Assembly: GCA_963765895.1 (NCBI GenBank)
Contig: CAVXZB010000019.1
Coordinates: 64,001 to 128,000, forward strand
Direction: 5' to 3'
Origin: an uncultured Nitrososphaeraceae archaeon
GTDB lineage: Archaea > Thermoproteota > Nitrososphaeria > Nitrososphaerales > Nitrososphaeraceae
Length of the DNA: 64,000 nt
The position numbers and the translations under genes are program-made. Shown piece by piece: positions 31,843 to 43,845 of the stretch (within the stretch, counting starts at the first letter, position 1; each line of letters opens with the position of its first letter). The notes beneath the pieces are model-generated. The model did not search any database, was not told the origin of the DNA, and saw nothing but the letters and a program-made list of their open reading frames with translations.

Positions 31843-31986
31843 ATGGTGACTGACGGGGATAGAACAGTTCCAGTTTGCTTTTCCTTAGATAATCTAAATA
31901 CTATAAAAGAATATGCTAAAACAAAAGGCATGATTAGTTATGAGCAAGCCATAGACGAACTAGTCAAAAACCTCGAAAAGGGATAA
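31843..31986 (+). CDS. Small putative ribbon-helix-helix protein (47 aa, not in ORF track)
   Basis: MVTDGDRTVPVCFSLDNLNTIKEYAKTKGMISYEQAIDELVKNLEKG; strand-helix-G-helix pattern; TATA-like catatata upstream. Confidence 0.6.
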   Translation: MVTDGDRTVPVCFSLDNLNTIKEYAKTKGMISYEQAIDELVKNLEKG

Positions 31987-32189
31987 TAGGCCGACTACTG
32001 AAATCTCTTACAATCGCTCTCCCGTAACCTCAGGTTAAGAACCATGGTATAGTTAGCACGCAATTTACTATATCTGGATGTGTTGGTAGAATGCTATCAG
32101 CCCTTAGGAATTTTTCCTCCTCTCTAGGCATCGTTTACTCATGATCAGTGGAGATTATGATTCACAACCTGTTACCAGAAAGTAGAATG

Positions 32190-32534
32190 TTATACCTGAT
32201 CTTCACCCCTTTTCTTGGATCCAATATCAACTGCGTCTTCTACATCTGATACGAATATTTTACCCTCGCCTGCCAAACCTGTGCTAGTGCTACCGACGAT
32301 AGTGTTTACTACATTTTGCAAATCGGAGTCCTTTATTACAATGACTATAGTTGAATTTACGTTGAACTCGGGCACATATGTCGATGTGCCTCTGCTTGAT
32401 TGTATCCTGGGCCTTGGCATTTGACCCCTTCCCTTAGATTCGTAGTACGTAATCCCGCCAAGATTCAACTGCCTCAAGGCTGATAACGCCAGGTCTAACC
32501 TTGCATGGGGAACAACAGCTTCAATTTTCTTCAT
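32190..32534 (-). CDS. glnB: P-II nitrogen regulatory protein
   Basis: MKKIEAVV, KGRG and TG..GEGKIFVS motifs. Confidence 0.93.
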   Translation of the reverse strand: MKKIEAVVPHARLDLALSALRQLNLGGITYYESKGRGQMPRPRIQSSRGTSTYVPEFNVNSTIVIVIKDSDLQNVVNTIVGSTSTGLAGEGKIFVSDVEDAVDIGSKKRGEDQV

Positions 32535-32799
32535 AATGGTGTATTTTTAACCGGGACTATTATGTAATTCTTTTTGTTGCAGTTCGATTAGTAACTTGAA
32601 AACCTGCAGATGTTTTTTCAATGATATTGTGGACTGGACCGTATAAGCTACGCCTTGAATCAATCCTTACATGTCACCGGCGGATATATTTCGAGCTACC
32701 GTCAATGATACTATTAATATCATCTAAGCGGATTCTGATAAACCAGTTATTAAACCAGATGATAAAGGATAAAATAACCAACCAATGATGATGAACTGA

Positions 32800-33054
32800 A
32801 TGACAAAAACGTGCCTTAAATGTGGCAAGACTTTCAATGAGAAGGATATTGACGACCCTGCCGCAGACAAATTTCCTTCATGTCCTGAATGCTGGGATGA
32901 ATGGAAAAAAAACGCCGTTATGGTAATGAATGAGATGAGGTTGGATATGTCAATGCCGGAACATAGAAAAGCGTTGAGGAAATATGAACGGATGTTTTTT
33001 GGACTAGAAAAACCCGAAGGCGAACTACAAAAGAATCCTGAGCAGAAGCCATAA
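32800..33054 (+). CDS. YggX-like Fe(II)-trafficking protein with N-terminal CxxC
   Basis: CxxC, CPECWDEW and MVMNEMRLDM. Confidence 0.7.
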   Translation: MTKTCLKCGKTFNEKDIDDPAADKFPSCPECWDEWKKNAVMVMNEMRLDMSMPEHRKALRKYERMFFGLEKPEGELQKNPEQKP

Positions 33055-33080
33055 GCAATAACTCCTGATGGTATCAAAAC

Positions 33081-33539
33081 CTATGTCCTGAGGAATTCCA
33101 AAGCAAATTCTGGAGTCATTGATTTTAGTCTGTCTCTATCATAATGTAAAAGAAGTGCCTCGAAATAGCAGTCGACCAGCAAATGCCTCTGATTAATACT
33201 AAGTCTCTTTAGTGTCTCCATAATTGGTTCAAGATCTACTGATTGCACAAGCTCAGGATTTAACAGAAAGGTTTCGAAATAGATGTAGAATGTATCGACT
33301 ATTATTCTGGCGTCTAGGGTCGAAATGATTTGGAAACACGTAGTTAAAACTGGAATTAAATGGGTACTATGTAGACTTCGATATCCATCCAATACAGAAC
33401 TAATGGTTTCACTTTTTTGCTTGTCAGTCAGCGAGGAAAACTCAGAAATCTTGTTCAGAATAATAGACTTTCTTAAATGCTCTGGAACATTCGATAATAT
33501 TCTAAGTATATCTCCGGATAATGAATGATTAGTTTTCAC
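33081..33539 (-). CDS. Hypothetical helical protein
   Basis: 152-aa ORF. Confidence 0.6.
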   Translation of the reverse strand: MKTNHSLSGDILRILSNVPEHLRKSIILNKISEFSSLTDKQKSETISSVLDGYRSLHSTHLIPVLTTCFQIISTLDARIIVDTFYIYFETFLLNPELVQSVDLEPIMETLKRLSINQRHLLVDCYFEALLLHYDRDRLKSMTPEFALEFLRT

Positions 33540-33629
33540 AAAATGAGAGAAATGATTTCAAAGATATAAAGACGTACCTAATACTGAATTGGATGGCAGA
33601 TTTAAATATAGAAGACAGGCAGCAACTAT

Positions 33630-34641
33630 ATGACATGTACCGTCGTAGTGGGTGGGTTTTACGGCGATGAAGGTAAAGGAAAACTCATCGCATATTTGGC
33701 TCAAAAAGACAAGATATCGGTCGCAGTTAGGGGAGGTGTAGGCCCAAATGCCGGGCACACATTTGCACTAAACGGAATAAAATACAAAGTTAGAATGCTG
33801 CCGAGCGCAGGCTTGAACCTTTCTACCAAGTTGTTTATTGGTCCAGGTGTTCTCGTTGACCCCACTATTCTGCAAACGGAAATCAAGACATTTGATTCTC
33901 AAGATAGAACATTTATTGATAAAAATTGTGCAATAATAGAACAGAAACACATAGAGAAAGATAGTTCCCTAAACCATCTAGCCGAAAAGGTCGGGACAAC
34001 CGGTACCTGGTACTGGTCCGGCAAATGCTGATAGGGCTTTGAGAATAGCTAGAATAGCCAAGGAAATTCCAGAACTCGCAGTCTATCTAGAGGATGTGAG
34101 CGAAGCTATTAACAAGGCTCTAGATAGCAATGAGAATGTTATAGCGGAAGGTACTCAGGGTACATATTTATCGTTGTATTATGGGGACTATCCATACGTA
34201 ACCTCGAAAGACGTGACTGCTTCTGCGATATGTTCAGACGTAGGGATTGGTCCTAAAAGCGTCGATGAAGTAGTGGTAGTTTTTAAATCTTACGTGACCA
34301 GAGTAGGTCAAGGACCACTCAACAATGAGTTAACTTCAGAACAGACAGGAATTAGAGGTTGGCAAGAGTTTGGGAGCGTAACAGGGAGGCAGAGGAGAGC
34401 TGCTCCGTTTGATTTGAACCTTGCGAAAAAGGCAATCCAATTGAATAGTGCAACTCAACTGGCAGTAACAAAACTCGATATCCTTTTTCCGGAATGTGCC
34501 GGAATGAGGGACTATACAAAACTGCCAGATAAAGCCAAGCAATTCATAGAAAACATTGAGAATGAAACTAGAAAACCGATTACAATGATTGGTACTGGCG
34601 AGGATCTGACTGAGGTGATCGACAGAAGACTTCATAATTGA
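33630..34641 (+). CDS. purA: Adenylosuccinate synthetase (short archaeal type), frameshift near 34010
   Basis: GDEGKGK, GPNAGHT, EGTQG, YPYVTS and VTGRQRR motifs. Confidence 0.95.
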
Positions 34642-35047
34642 TTGTAAATATGTCTATATGAAAAGATCGCATCCCTGGAACTTTGTACAAAACTTCTATC
34701 TTAAGTTACAAGATATAGTAAATCTATTTGTTGATACTTATCCACGACTGGCCACTTCTCAGTTTCTGTAAGTCAGACTATAACGAATTGATCGTCGATA
34801 ATGGGTTAATGTTATTTGTGCCTCGAAAGGCGACCGGCTCAGATTTGACAACTAATAATTTGTTTGCATTGCAGGATGGTAGTCAGATATTTATTGAAAT
34901 TTAGATCGTTTGACTAGAGTTGAAATCCACAACTCCAACAGCTTAAGGCAAGTACAGGTCGACGGGGGATAAAAGCAGTTGATGTTAGAATTGCAAAGCT
35001 TATAATCAAAGGACATTAATACTGTCACAATTAAAAATAATAGATGA

Positions 35048-35731
35048 TTGCGTACTAAATTACCTTATTACATAGAATTGTCAGATCTAAATGATTTCGG
35101 GAGGTTAGCTTGCGCTTTAGAACATGTTCCGTTAGTGTCTTTATCGCTAAATTTGATTAACGAACAGGTACTCGCAGTGGAAGGTGATTTCATGCTCGGA
35201 CGACCTATATTGTTCTACGTAAAAAATAGAAAAAATCAGAGCGGTGAATATTTAGCATATCGGGTTAGTGGCGGACAGGAAGAAGTTGCTATAGTTGATT
35301 ACGTAAGTAGCCCGACATTTAGTTACTCGCCTATAATAAACATCAATACGTTTCCATTCTCCATTACTCGAAAGGCTAGGACAAGACCCAGAACTGGATA
35401 CAAAGGAATCAGACTAAAGGATCTGACGAGTCTATTTAAGGTCTGTGCATACAAATCTTATGACGAGCCGCCGATCCCTCTCTTCCTTTTTGAAGACGAC
35501 AAAACTAAGAAGGTTGTTATTGGAGCTGCGGCTACCTTAGGCGAGTCTGACGATTTCTATTGTTTCTATTATGTTCAACTTGACAGCGTTCCTTCTAGTC
35601 CCTTCATAAGATATTCCAGTCAAAAGGCAGAACAACCCTCTTTTTCGAATAAGCTGGACGACCATGGTTGTACTTACTTGAAAGTTATCAAACTAGCGTC
35701 AAGCCATCCTTTAGTGAATCTAGATGAGTAA
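35048..35731 (+). CDS. Hypothetical protein, coupled to pyrF
   Basis: 227-aa ORF overlapping the pyrF start. Confidence 0.75.
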   Translation: MRTKLPYYIELSDLNDFGRLACALEHVPLVSLSLNLINEQVLAVEGDFMLGRPILFYVKNRKNQSGEYLAYRVSGGQEEVAIVDYVSSPTFSYSPIININTFPFSITRKARTRPRTGYKGIRLKDLTSLFKVCAYKSYDEPPIPLFLFEDDKTKKVVIGAAATLGESDDFYCFYYVQLDSVPSSPFIRYSSQKAEQPSFSNKLDDHGCTYLKVIKLASSHPLVNLDE

Positions 35732-36482
35732 TGGAATCTCCTACCGAAAGAGGATCGAATATTGTTCAAAACGCAAGAACAGCAGAATTGTGCTTGCATT
35801 AGATCCAATATGTAGTAACGATGTTTTAAAATACCTCAATGAAAAGATAGTTCTGCTTCAAGAAGAAATTTGTGCGGTCAAGTTCAATTTCCATGTCATT
35901 TTACCACTTTCGCTTCAAGAATTGTCGAATATAAACAGCACTGTTCATTCTTACGGCCTGCAGTCAATTGCTGATATAAAACTAAATGATATCTCCTCTA
36001 CGAATGCTGTTGTAATAAATCATCTTGCAAATATGGATTTTGATGCGGTCATTGTTAACCCGATCATTGGGATGGACGAATTAAGCCAGGTCATAGAATC
36101 CTCACATCATTATAACCTAGGGGTCATTACCGTTATATATATGAGCCATGCCGGCGCAAGAGAAGGTTTCGGTCTTAACGTTGTCGATGATTCTTGGATC
36201 TCAAATCCGTTGTATCAAAGACTATTACAATACTCCGAATGTTGTGACGTCGATGGAATTATAGTGGGAGGAACAAAGGTAGACATCATAAATAGGATAT
36301 CCAGTGAAAAAAAGTTGCCTATTTACTCTCCTGGTCTAGGAATTCAAGGCGGGGATCCAAAAACAGCAGCGAAAGCAGGAACGGATTATTTCATAATTGG
36401 AAGATCGATAATTCAGTCAAAAGACTCGCTAAAAGCTGCCAGGCTGTTGAGGAAACAGATAAATTCGCTCAAAGAAGGTTAA
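35724..36482 (+). CDS. pyrF: Orotidine-5'-phosphate decarboxylase
   Basis: VLALD, ADIKLNDI, SPGLGIQGG and IIGRSI motifs. Confidence 0.93.
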   Translation: MSNGISYRKRIEYCSKRKNSRIVLALDPICSNDVLKYLNEKIVLLQEEICAVKFNFHVILPLSLQELSNINSTVHSYGLQSIADIKLNDISSTNAVVINHLANMDFDAVIVNPIIGMDELSQVIESSHHYNLGVITVIYMSHAGAREGFGLNVVDDSWISNPLYQRLLQYSECCDVDGIIVGGTKVDIINRISSEKKLPIYSPGLGIQGGDPKTAAKAGTDYFIIGRSIIQSKDSLKAARLLRKQINSLKEG

Positions 36483-36714
36483 TTATAGCTTTTTGTTTTT
36501 GGTGGGTAATCTATACCCCTTTAAAGTACCTTGTAAGCGCAAAACCAGAGTACAATGAATGGAATATCCAAGGATTGGTACGGGCTTAATAACTAGACGA
36601 GCATGAGCCTTCAAATCAGAATGAATCTGGTAGCATGATAGAACATTGATTTTTGACAACTTGCTCTTCCCACGTAAGCCACCTAATTTCGTCTCTGGAG
36701 AATGGCAATACTAT

Positions 36715-37524
36715 TTATCTTCCATGCTTTCGAATTCTATGCTGATATGTCCTGATTGCTCTCATCAGATCTATTTTTCGAAATTCGGGCCAGAAAACAT
36801 CCATAAATACCAATTCGCTATACGCACTCTGCCAGATTAGGAACCCGCTGAGCCTCTTTTCTCCAGAGGTGCGCAAAATCAGATCAGGCTCCGGTTGCGG
36901 CAAGTGCGAGGTATACAAAAATGATTCTATTAGTTTCTCGTCAATTTTTTCTATATCCAGCTTTTCGCATTTGGCCATAAGGGCAATCTTCTTTATTGCC
37001 TCGACTATCTCTTTTTGCCCGCCGTATGCTATAGCAATATTTAAAAACATAGATTTGTATTCTGCGGTCACATTCTCCAGTTTGCAAAGTATTTCTTGTA
37101 GACCAATAGGGAGTATCGCGAGATTTCCAATCGCCTTTATTCTCATCTGCAACCGGTGAATTCTAGAATCTTCATATAGCTTCTCCAATTTTGTTTGCAA
37201 AAGCCTATAAATATTGTCAACTTCGTTTTCATCTCGATCGAGATTTTCGGTAGACAGTACATATAGTGTTGTAATTCTAATTTTTAGCTCATGAATCCAG
37301 TTTAATAACTCCTCAGCCTTGTCAGCACCTGCGAAATGACCAGTAGATTCTCGTGTGAGATTTGTTTTAGCCCATCTTCTGTTACCGTCTAAGATAATAG
37401 CGATATGATTAGGAAGTGGATACTTGGTAATTTCGGATTCCAAATGTCTTTCATATAGAATATAAAGGCCACTACGTTTGAATATGACATCAGCTATGGC
37501 TTTTTTATTAGTAAAGGCTGGCAT
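36715..37524 (-). CDS. uppS: cis-Prenyltransferase (polyprenyl diphosphate synthase)
   Basis: IILDGNRRWA, STEN and LILRTSGEKRLSGFLIWQ motifs. Confidence 0.95.
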   Translation of the reverse strand: MPAFTNKKAIADVIFKRSGLYILYERHLESEITKYPLPNHIAIILDGNRRWAKTNLTRESTGHFAGADKAEELLNWIHELKIRITTLYVLSTENLDRDENEVDNIYRLLQTKLEKLYEDSRIHRLQMRIKAIGNLAILPIGLQEILCKLENVTAEYKSMFLNIAIAYGGQKEIVEAIKKIALMAKCEKLDIEKIDEKLIESFLYTSHLPQPEPDLILRTSGEKRLSGFLIWQSAYSELVFMDVFWPEFRKIDLMRAIRTYQHRIRKHGR

Positions 37525-37605
37525 GTCCCTCTAAACTCTTTTCATAATAAGAATACGCTGATTTTCCACAACCTTAGCTGAATTTGCTTGCAATATGTAT
37601 TTCTA

Positions 37606-38782
37606 TCAATGTTTGAGTGCCTCACCACCCTTTCTGTTTCTAAAATATTGAAACAAGAAAGTGGCAGCTATTAGAGTTATTGCGAGTCCGATCAAAAGCG
37701 ATGAAATTAACGAAAATGGATTGGTTCGTTCTATCAAAACTGAAGTAAACTGCAAAATGGGGATGTACAATAATGCCAAGACGACTAATCTGAGAATATC
37801 TGACATTGTGGTAATACTTCCCTTGAACCAGTTACTTAGCAGGGAACCGGCCAGTATTGTGGCTAATCCTATCCAGAGCAAGGTAATCGTTCCATGGATA
37901 AAACTTCCAATGATTATTCTATTTGTGATGATACTTACTATACTAGGATGTTGTGAGATGAGATCGACAGGGACATTAGACAGTCCATTTACAATTGAAA
38001 CTACAATAATAAGTACACCTGCGAAAGCCGAAAAGATTCTAATAAATCCGGAAGGAGTTGGTCTTCCTAAGGAGCTTAATGCCTTATCTAGGTCAAAGGC
38101 CCTAATAATGAAAGCAATACCCAGGATGCTTAAAACCAAAGCAACTGCTTCTCTGGTTAATCCAAAAAGAGTAGAGACTCCTGCTACAACGAGAAGGGCT
38201 CCTGGTACTCCTAGGAAGAACTTTGAGTATCGCGGATCATATACAAGCATCTTGATATATCTGCCAAGAATAGCGTAAGAGTATTCTACGCTGCTGGCTG
38301 TGTCGAATAATGACGCGTTGCACTGAAATTATAGGTAATATCGTATGAATTACTGGTATTATTGTCTCATCGTCTTCTCCATCTGATACTATTACCGCTC
38401 CATCTGCTGCATAGATGTCCAGGATAGATTGTATTTCAAAACCTATTTTCTCATCTGCTGCAATTCCACGGTCCATTTTACCGGCGACCAGAGCTACCTC
38501 AGCATCATAGCCCTTTGCAAGCAGATCCTGATGTATTTTTATTGCTCCAAATATGGCATTGGCATCTGCATCCTCGGGGTCTTCTAGAGCCAAACTGATA
38601 CCAGCCTTTATGCATTGTTCTTTTCCTATAATTGGAGTTGCCACTCCGCCCTTTGAACCAATATCATCATCGCGATCTATACACAGAACGAGAATCCTGT
38701 TATTAATAAGAGGAGACTTTGAGAGTACATCTCGACCAGGATCCATTTTCAGATGATCACCTGACTTGTACGTTCTTGACAT
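37606..38782 (-). CDS. DUF373-family membrane protein, frameshift near 38290
   Basis: LCIDRDDDIG, DPEDADAN and VSDGEDDE, then a multi-TM C-terminus. Confidence 0.88.
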
Positions 38783-39018
38783 TGTCTATGGCGTACATTC
38801 TCAGAGTACTCTACCAATTAATTAATTGATCTCAAAATATAAAGGTAAGATTTTACTGCCACTATAACTGGTAAACTAATTGACCATATAATATTAAATG
38901 TGCATGACCTAATAATTCAAGTATGATTCTACGAAATATTTTATAAAGTGTATCTATCAGCAACCATAAATAAGATTTATTCAAATAAATAGGTAAGCAC
39001 GAATGGAGTCCTCTAATT

Positions 39019-39354
39019 TTGTTCGAGCGAAGTGATGCTTGGGACAGTAAGTTTGCACTCAGAACAATAAAATATCAAAGCTCGTTTATCTCAAACATAT
39101 GTGACTATGAATTAGTAGGTAAAGAGGTCAGGAATGGAGATCATATCATATCTATATCGCGTGAGTATTTCCTAGAAGAGCTTATAGGTCACTCGGAAGC
39201 TAGGAATATTCTCCAGGCATCATCGATGTTGAACCTGGTAGGCAATCGGATAATAAAGCTGGCTATTGAGATGAGGTTAGCCAATGAGACGACGGTCAGA
39301 AATATTCAAGGAATACCCTTTTTAATGATATTCAAATTCAGGCATTTTGACTAG
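39019..39354 (+). CDS. DUF424-family protein
   Basis: NICDYELVGK and NLVG motifs. Confidence 0.8.
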   Translation: MFERSDAWDSKFALRTIKYQSSFISNICDYELVGKEVRNGDHIISISREYFLEELIGHSEARNILQASSMLNLVGNRIIKLAIEMRLANETTVRNIQGIPFLMIFKFRHFD

Positions 39355-39495
39355 AGCTTTCTCCGCCTGTACCTAATAACTGCTTTATAAGAATTTTTAA
39401 AAAGCTAATATACATATATGCGGTCTTGGGTATCGAAATGGAGATCTTGGAACCTTGTACATTTCTGTTTATTATATGGAGGATAGAGCGTAGAA

Positions 39496-40095
39496 GTGAG
39501 CTTTCAGCAAGTAGTAAAAGTACCTGATGATCGAGTTGGTGTTATAATTGGCAAAGATGGAAGGGTAAAAGATGAAATAGAGCATAAATGCAAGGTTTTG
39601 ATTCAGATCGATAGTGAAGGTGGTAACGCGATAATTTCGCCTCGTGATTCCACCTCTATAGAACAAGCTTTTAAGGCTGTGGAGATAGTCTCTGCAATTT
39701 CGAGAGGATTCTCACCAGAACGGTCTTATAGATTGTTAGCAGAAGATGTTATCCTTCAAATTGTCGATCTAACTGAATATCTAGGTCGGTCACATAATCA
39801 AATTGCAAGGTTAAAGGGAAGGATAATAGGACAGGGTGGAAAATCACGGAAGACAATCGAGGATTTAACTGGGACAAACATTTCAATTTATGGACATACT
39901 GTCGGAATAATAGGCACTTTCGAAGATATCAAACCGGCATCAGATGCCATACTTCAGCTTATAAAGGGAAGCTCACACAAAACTGTTTATAATTCCCTTC
40001 AGGATAAAAGGAGACAAGCCAAAATTGACAAATTACATCTGTGGGAAGATGAGGGTTTAAAACGTGGGAAAGACTACCCACCAGGAACGGACTGA
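39496..40095 (+). CDS. KH-domain rRNA-processing protein (Dim2/Pno1-like)
   Basis: GVIIGKDG, RGFSPE and GRIIGQGG motifs. Confidence 0.92.
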   Translation: MSFQQVVKVPDDRVGVIIGKDGRVKDEIEHKCKVLIQIDSEGGNAIISPRDSTSIEQAFKAVEIVSAISRGFSPERSYRLLAEDVILQIVDLTEYLGRSHNQIARLKGRIIGQGGKSRKTIEDLTGTNISIYGHTVGIIGTFEDIKPASDAILQLIKGSSHKTVYNSLQDKRRQAKIDKLHLWEDEGLKRGKDYPPGTD

Positions 40096-40477
40096 ATTCA
40101 AATATGAATTACGACTATTTCTTCGCAATATGCCCATGATTATTAGTGGATCATCATATTGCCACATTTATAATTGATTGTGGACGGATAGAATATTCTT
40201 TAAATAGTCTTTAGTTATTTTATTCCCTACATTGCTTTTAGTTTAGTGCAGTAATTCAGTTTAGGCTTATATACACATGGAAATACGAAATTCAGGAAAG
40301 GCATGCTACAATTATCTATGTTATGAGGCTACAATTACGAAACCATAGGCTAGGAAGTTAATTTGTGATATAACCACTAAATCAGACCAGGTTTAGAAAT
40401 TAAACGTCGCCTGACTACACCAGAGCTCTATTAAGAGCCCACCCAGAAGCGATACATAATCTTCCTGGCAAGGAAGA

Positions 40478-41035
40478 TTATTCACCAGACCATCGTTGGT
40501 ATAAATCATGGGCAATGGAGAACTGATCCAAGACTTTTCCCACAATATGGGCTATCATATCATCAATTGTCTTGGGTCTTTGATAAAATCCAGGTGCAGC
40601 AGGCAAGATTGTGACTCCAGCATCGACCAGGGTTCTCATATTTTCGATATGAATTTTGGAAAGGGGTGTCTCTCTTGGAACGAGTACCAGTTTTCGTGAT
40701 TCCTTAATGCAAACACTTGCTGCTCGAGAAATTAGGCCGTCGTCATAACCATTGGCAATACTAGACAATGTCTTCATACTGCAGGGAACTATTCCCATGC
40801 CATCGGTCTTGAACGACCCGCTTGAAATTGAGGCTGCCATATTTTTACTATCATACCACACACTTGCCAATCCCCTCACATAGCTGACACTTTTTTCAGT
40901 CTCTATTTCGATGTTTTTCTCACCCCATTCGCTCATTACCAGATGAGTTTCGACCTTCAAGGCCCTAAGATATTCTAACATTTTTATACCGTAAATTACT
41001 CCAGAACTTCCCGTTATCGCGACTATTAATCTCAT
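40478..41035 (-). CDS. ubiX: Flavin prenyltransferase
   Basis: VAITGSSG, SSGS, VPCSMKTL and PRETP motifs. Confidence 0.95.
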   Translation of the reverse strand: MRLIVAITGSSGVIYGIKMLEYLRALKVETHLVMSEWGEKNIEIETEKSVSYVRGLASVWYDSKNMAASISSGSFKTDGMGIVPCSMKTLSSIANGYDDGLISRAASVCIKESRKLVLVPRETPLSKIHIENMRTLVDAGVTILPAAPGFYQRPKTIDDMIAHIVGKVLDQFSIAHDLYQRWSGE

Positions 41036-41111
41036 AGGATAAATGACAAATTTACTAAAGAATATATATAACTGCCCATACCAAAATTTTCTTTAAAGAT
41101 ACGGATATCCA

Positions 41112-42006
41112 GTGTTAAGTGTATTTGGAAGTGTTGCATTAGATACTACTAGAACCCCGTTTGACACTCAGACAAGGATCTTAGGAGGAGCGGCGACCTA
41201 TGCATCCTTGTCGGCTTGTCACTTTGTTAAGACATCTCTTATAGGGATCGTAGGTTCAGATTTTCCTTCAGAATATAGATCCATTCTTCAAACGAAATTG
41301 GACATGCGCGGACTAGTAACTAGGAAAGGCAGTACATTTCATTACGATTCCTCCTTCGACTATGATCTGTCTCATAGAACGACCAACAAGACCGAATTAA
41401 ATGTCGCAGCTAATTTTGACCCGGTCTTACCTTCGGATTATCCTAATCCTAATCACCTTTACCTTGGTAATAATGACCCCGTGCAAAATGTCCGACTGCT
41501 TTCTAACTTTTTGTCACCTAAGATGACAATGTGTGATACAATGGAGGTACTGGATTCGAAATAGACGGGAGCAGGTAATCGATATGATGAGTAGAGTGAA
41601 TGGGGTGGTAATTAACGATGAAGAAGCAAGATTACTTTGCGGATCAGCCAATCTTATCAAATGTGCGAGAATAATTTTGTCTTACGGCACAGAATTTGTG
41701 ATCATTAAGAAGGGTGAACACGGGTCGCTTTTTTTAAAAGATAATGTCATATTTCCAACACCTGGCTATCCTTTAGAAGAAGTAGTAGATCCAACCGGTG
41801 CTGGAGATTCATTTGCGGGCGGCTTCTTAGGACATATAGCTGCAAACAGCATTGTAGATTCTGATGTTATGCGAGAGGCCGTCGTTTATGGCAATGTTAT
41901 GGGCTCTTTTGCTGTGGAAGATTTTGGTGTAAGGAGGCTTCTAAGCATTACTAGGGAAGATATTGATTTGAGATACAAAAAATATGTTGATCTGGTGAGG
42001 TTTTGA
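41112..42006 (+). CDS. PfkB-family sugar/nucleoside kinase, frameshift near 41547
   Basis: GSVALD, LGGAATY and DPTGAGDSFAGG motifs. Confidence 0.9.
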
Positions 42007-42134
42007 CATATAGGGTATTTTTAATGTCCTCTATATTTGTCTACCACCACGGTAGACTCAAACCAACATTGACAGTCCTTGATACGGATTTTTCTCTCTT
42101 ATTTCAATAGCCAAATTAGGAGGTCGGGGTATAT

Positions 42135-42797
42135 TTGAATATTTTGAACCGTAGGTTTTATGCTCGGCCAACTCAAGACGTAGCTAAGGAATTGATAGGA
42201 AAAAAATTACTACGCCTGCTTGGCGGAAGTTCGCCACATATAGTAAGTGGTATTATTGTTGAGACCGAGGCATATGGATCTACAGACGATGAAGCCAGTC
42301 ATGCGTTTAATGGTATTAGCGTAAGAAATTCGATGATGTTTGAAGACGTTGGAAGATCCTATGTATATCTTTCATATGGTACCCATTTTTGTTTCAATAT
42401 TACAGCCCACTCGACAAATGAATCTGCCGGAGCTGTACTTATCAGAGCTATTCAACCATTAGAAGGGTTATCGATAATGAAGAGATTTCGCGCTATCGAT
42501 GATCCGTTCCTAATTGCTAGTGGCCCAGGAAGGCTGACACAAGCCCTAGATATTAAAAAAAATGACAATGGTGTAGACGTAACAGTTCCAAATTCAATTA
42601 TTGTCGAAAATGGAATTGTACCACCAGCAATTCTTGTCTCGTCAAGGATAGGTATCAGCAAGGCAACGAATAAGCAATGGAGGTACGTCTTTGCGCATTG
42701 GGATCATCATGCAGATTTACCTTTATCTAGTCGATATGCCTCAAGATCGAGGCAAACTTATACCGCCGTCTATCGAATATGTGGTACTAACAGTTAA
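42135..42797 (+). CDS. mpg: DNA-3-methyladenine glycosylase (AAG/MPG family)
   Basis: IVETEAY, ASHA, AVLIRA, SGPGRL and RIGIS motifs. Confidence 0.93.
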   Translation: MNILNRRFYARPTQDVAKELIGKKLLRLLGGSSPHIVSGIIVETEAYGSTDDEASHAFNGISVRNSMMFEDVGRSYVYLSYGTHFCFNITAHSTNESAGAVLIRAIQPLEGLSIMKRFRAIDDPFLIASGPGRLTQALDIKKNDNGVDVTVPNSIIVENGIVPPAILVSSRIGISKATNKQWRYVFAHWDHHADLPLSSRYASRSRQTYTAVYRICGTNS

Positions 42798-42931
42798 TCT
42801 TTCTTAGAACCAAAAAGTATTCATAAAAATTACTAATTGTAAACTACCTATGGACCGTAGCGCGATTGAGTGTGACTGTGAATTATGCTTGATACCCTTA
42901 CAATTTTAAATCAAACGATGTAATATTAGCG

Positions 42932-43582
42932 TTGGCCATGCAAAAGCTTTTCTTCATATATGTATCCAAACACGATGAATGGCAAGAAAGAGAGAAAACC
43001 GATTGGGATTATGTCTATTCGATGGCAAGATTCTATCATTGGTGGATAAAACGAATATTTAATATAGATTTTAATCTCCAGGCAGATATATTACCAGTTG
43101 TACCTGGCAAGCTCTTCGATAGGATGTCTGTTGCATATCTTATGCGAGATCATAAGGAAAGAGGTAATAAGATATATCATTTTTATCTAGCTTACTTCAA
43201 GCCTTTTTGGACTGATTGTGGGACAGAAGGCTACAGTGCAGATAACTTTGGCATGGTAGAATGGAAGAGACCAGATCAAACATGCGTAGATTCAATGAGA
43301 TCCAAATATTTTGCTGATGTCAACTGTCCGAAAGTTTCGCATTTAATCACTCATGAGGTCTTGAGGAACAAAGGAAATAAAAGAAAAGAATATTTTGATG
43401 CAGTTCACGATTTATGGAATCGGCATGTACATGATGGACTGCCGTACCTTTATTATAACGAACGCTTCTCTGAAGTTTCAAAAAGTAGCTCTTACAGATA
43501 CGTTACGTTGGATATCAAGGCAGCTAAGGTCTATACTATAAACAGGGAAGCTGGACTTAAGAAGGTAAAATTTTGTACTTAG
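42932..43582 (+). CDS. Hypothetical protein (possibly zincin-like)
   Basis: 216-aa ORF with HLITHE. Confidence 0.7.
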   Translation: MAMQKLFFIYVSKHDEWQEREKTDWDYVYSMARFYHWWIKRIFNIDFNLQADILPVVPGKLFDRMSVAYLMRDHKERGNKIYHFYLAYFKPFWTDCGTEGYSADNFGMVEWKRPDQTCVDSMRSKYFADVNCPKVSHLITHEVLRNKGNKRKEYFDAVHDLWNRHVHDGLPYLYYNERFSEVSKSSSYRYVTLDIKAAKVYTINREAGLKKVKFCT

Positions 43583-43845
43583 GAGTAATCATCAAGATAG
43601 GTGCGATATTCTCCGTCGTAGGCATTTGCTTATTTGTTATCCTAATAGCCTTACTCCTTGTCTTCCCGGTGATAAAGCAATGTGTTCCAGCAACCAAATG
43701 CACATACTCATCGACTGCACCTGAGCCTTTTTTGTTACTTATAAACCCTGGTTATGCATGCGTTTCCCTAACATGTATTGCTACCGGGGTTTTGATGTTC
43801 AGGGTGGGTATATATTACAAAAATAGAAGGAAAGGAACCACATAG
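43573..43845 (+). CDS. Small membrane protein (2 TM)
   Basis: Two hydrophobic helices with a Cys-containing loop. Confidence 0.6.
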   Translation: MYLGVIIKIGAIFSVVGICLFVILIALLLVFPVIKQCVPATKCTYSSTAPEPFLLLINPGYACVSLTCIATGVLMFRVGIYYKNRRKGTT

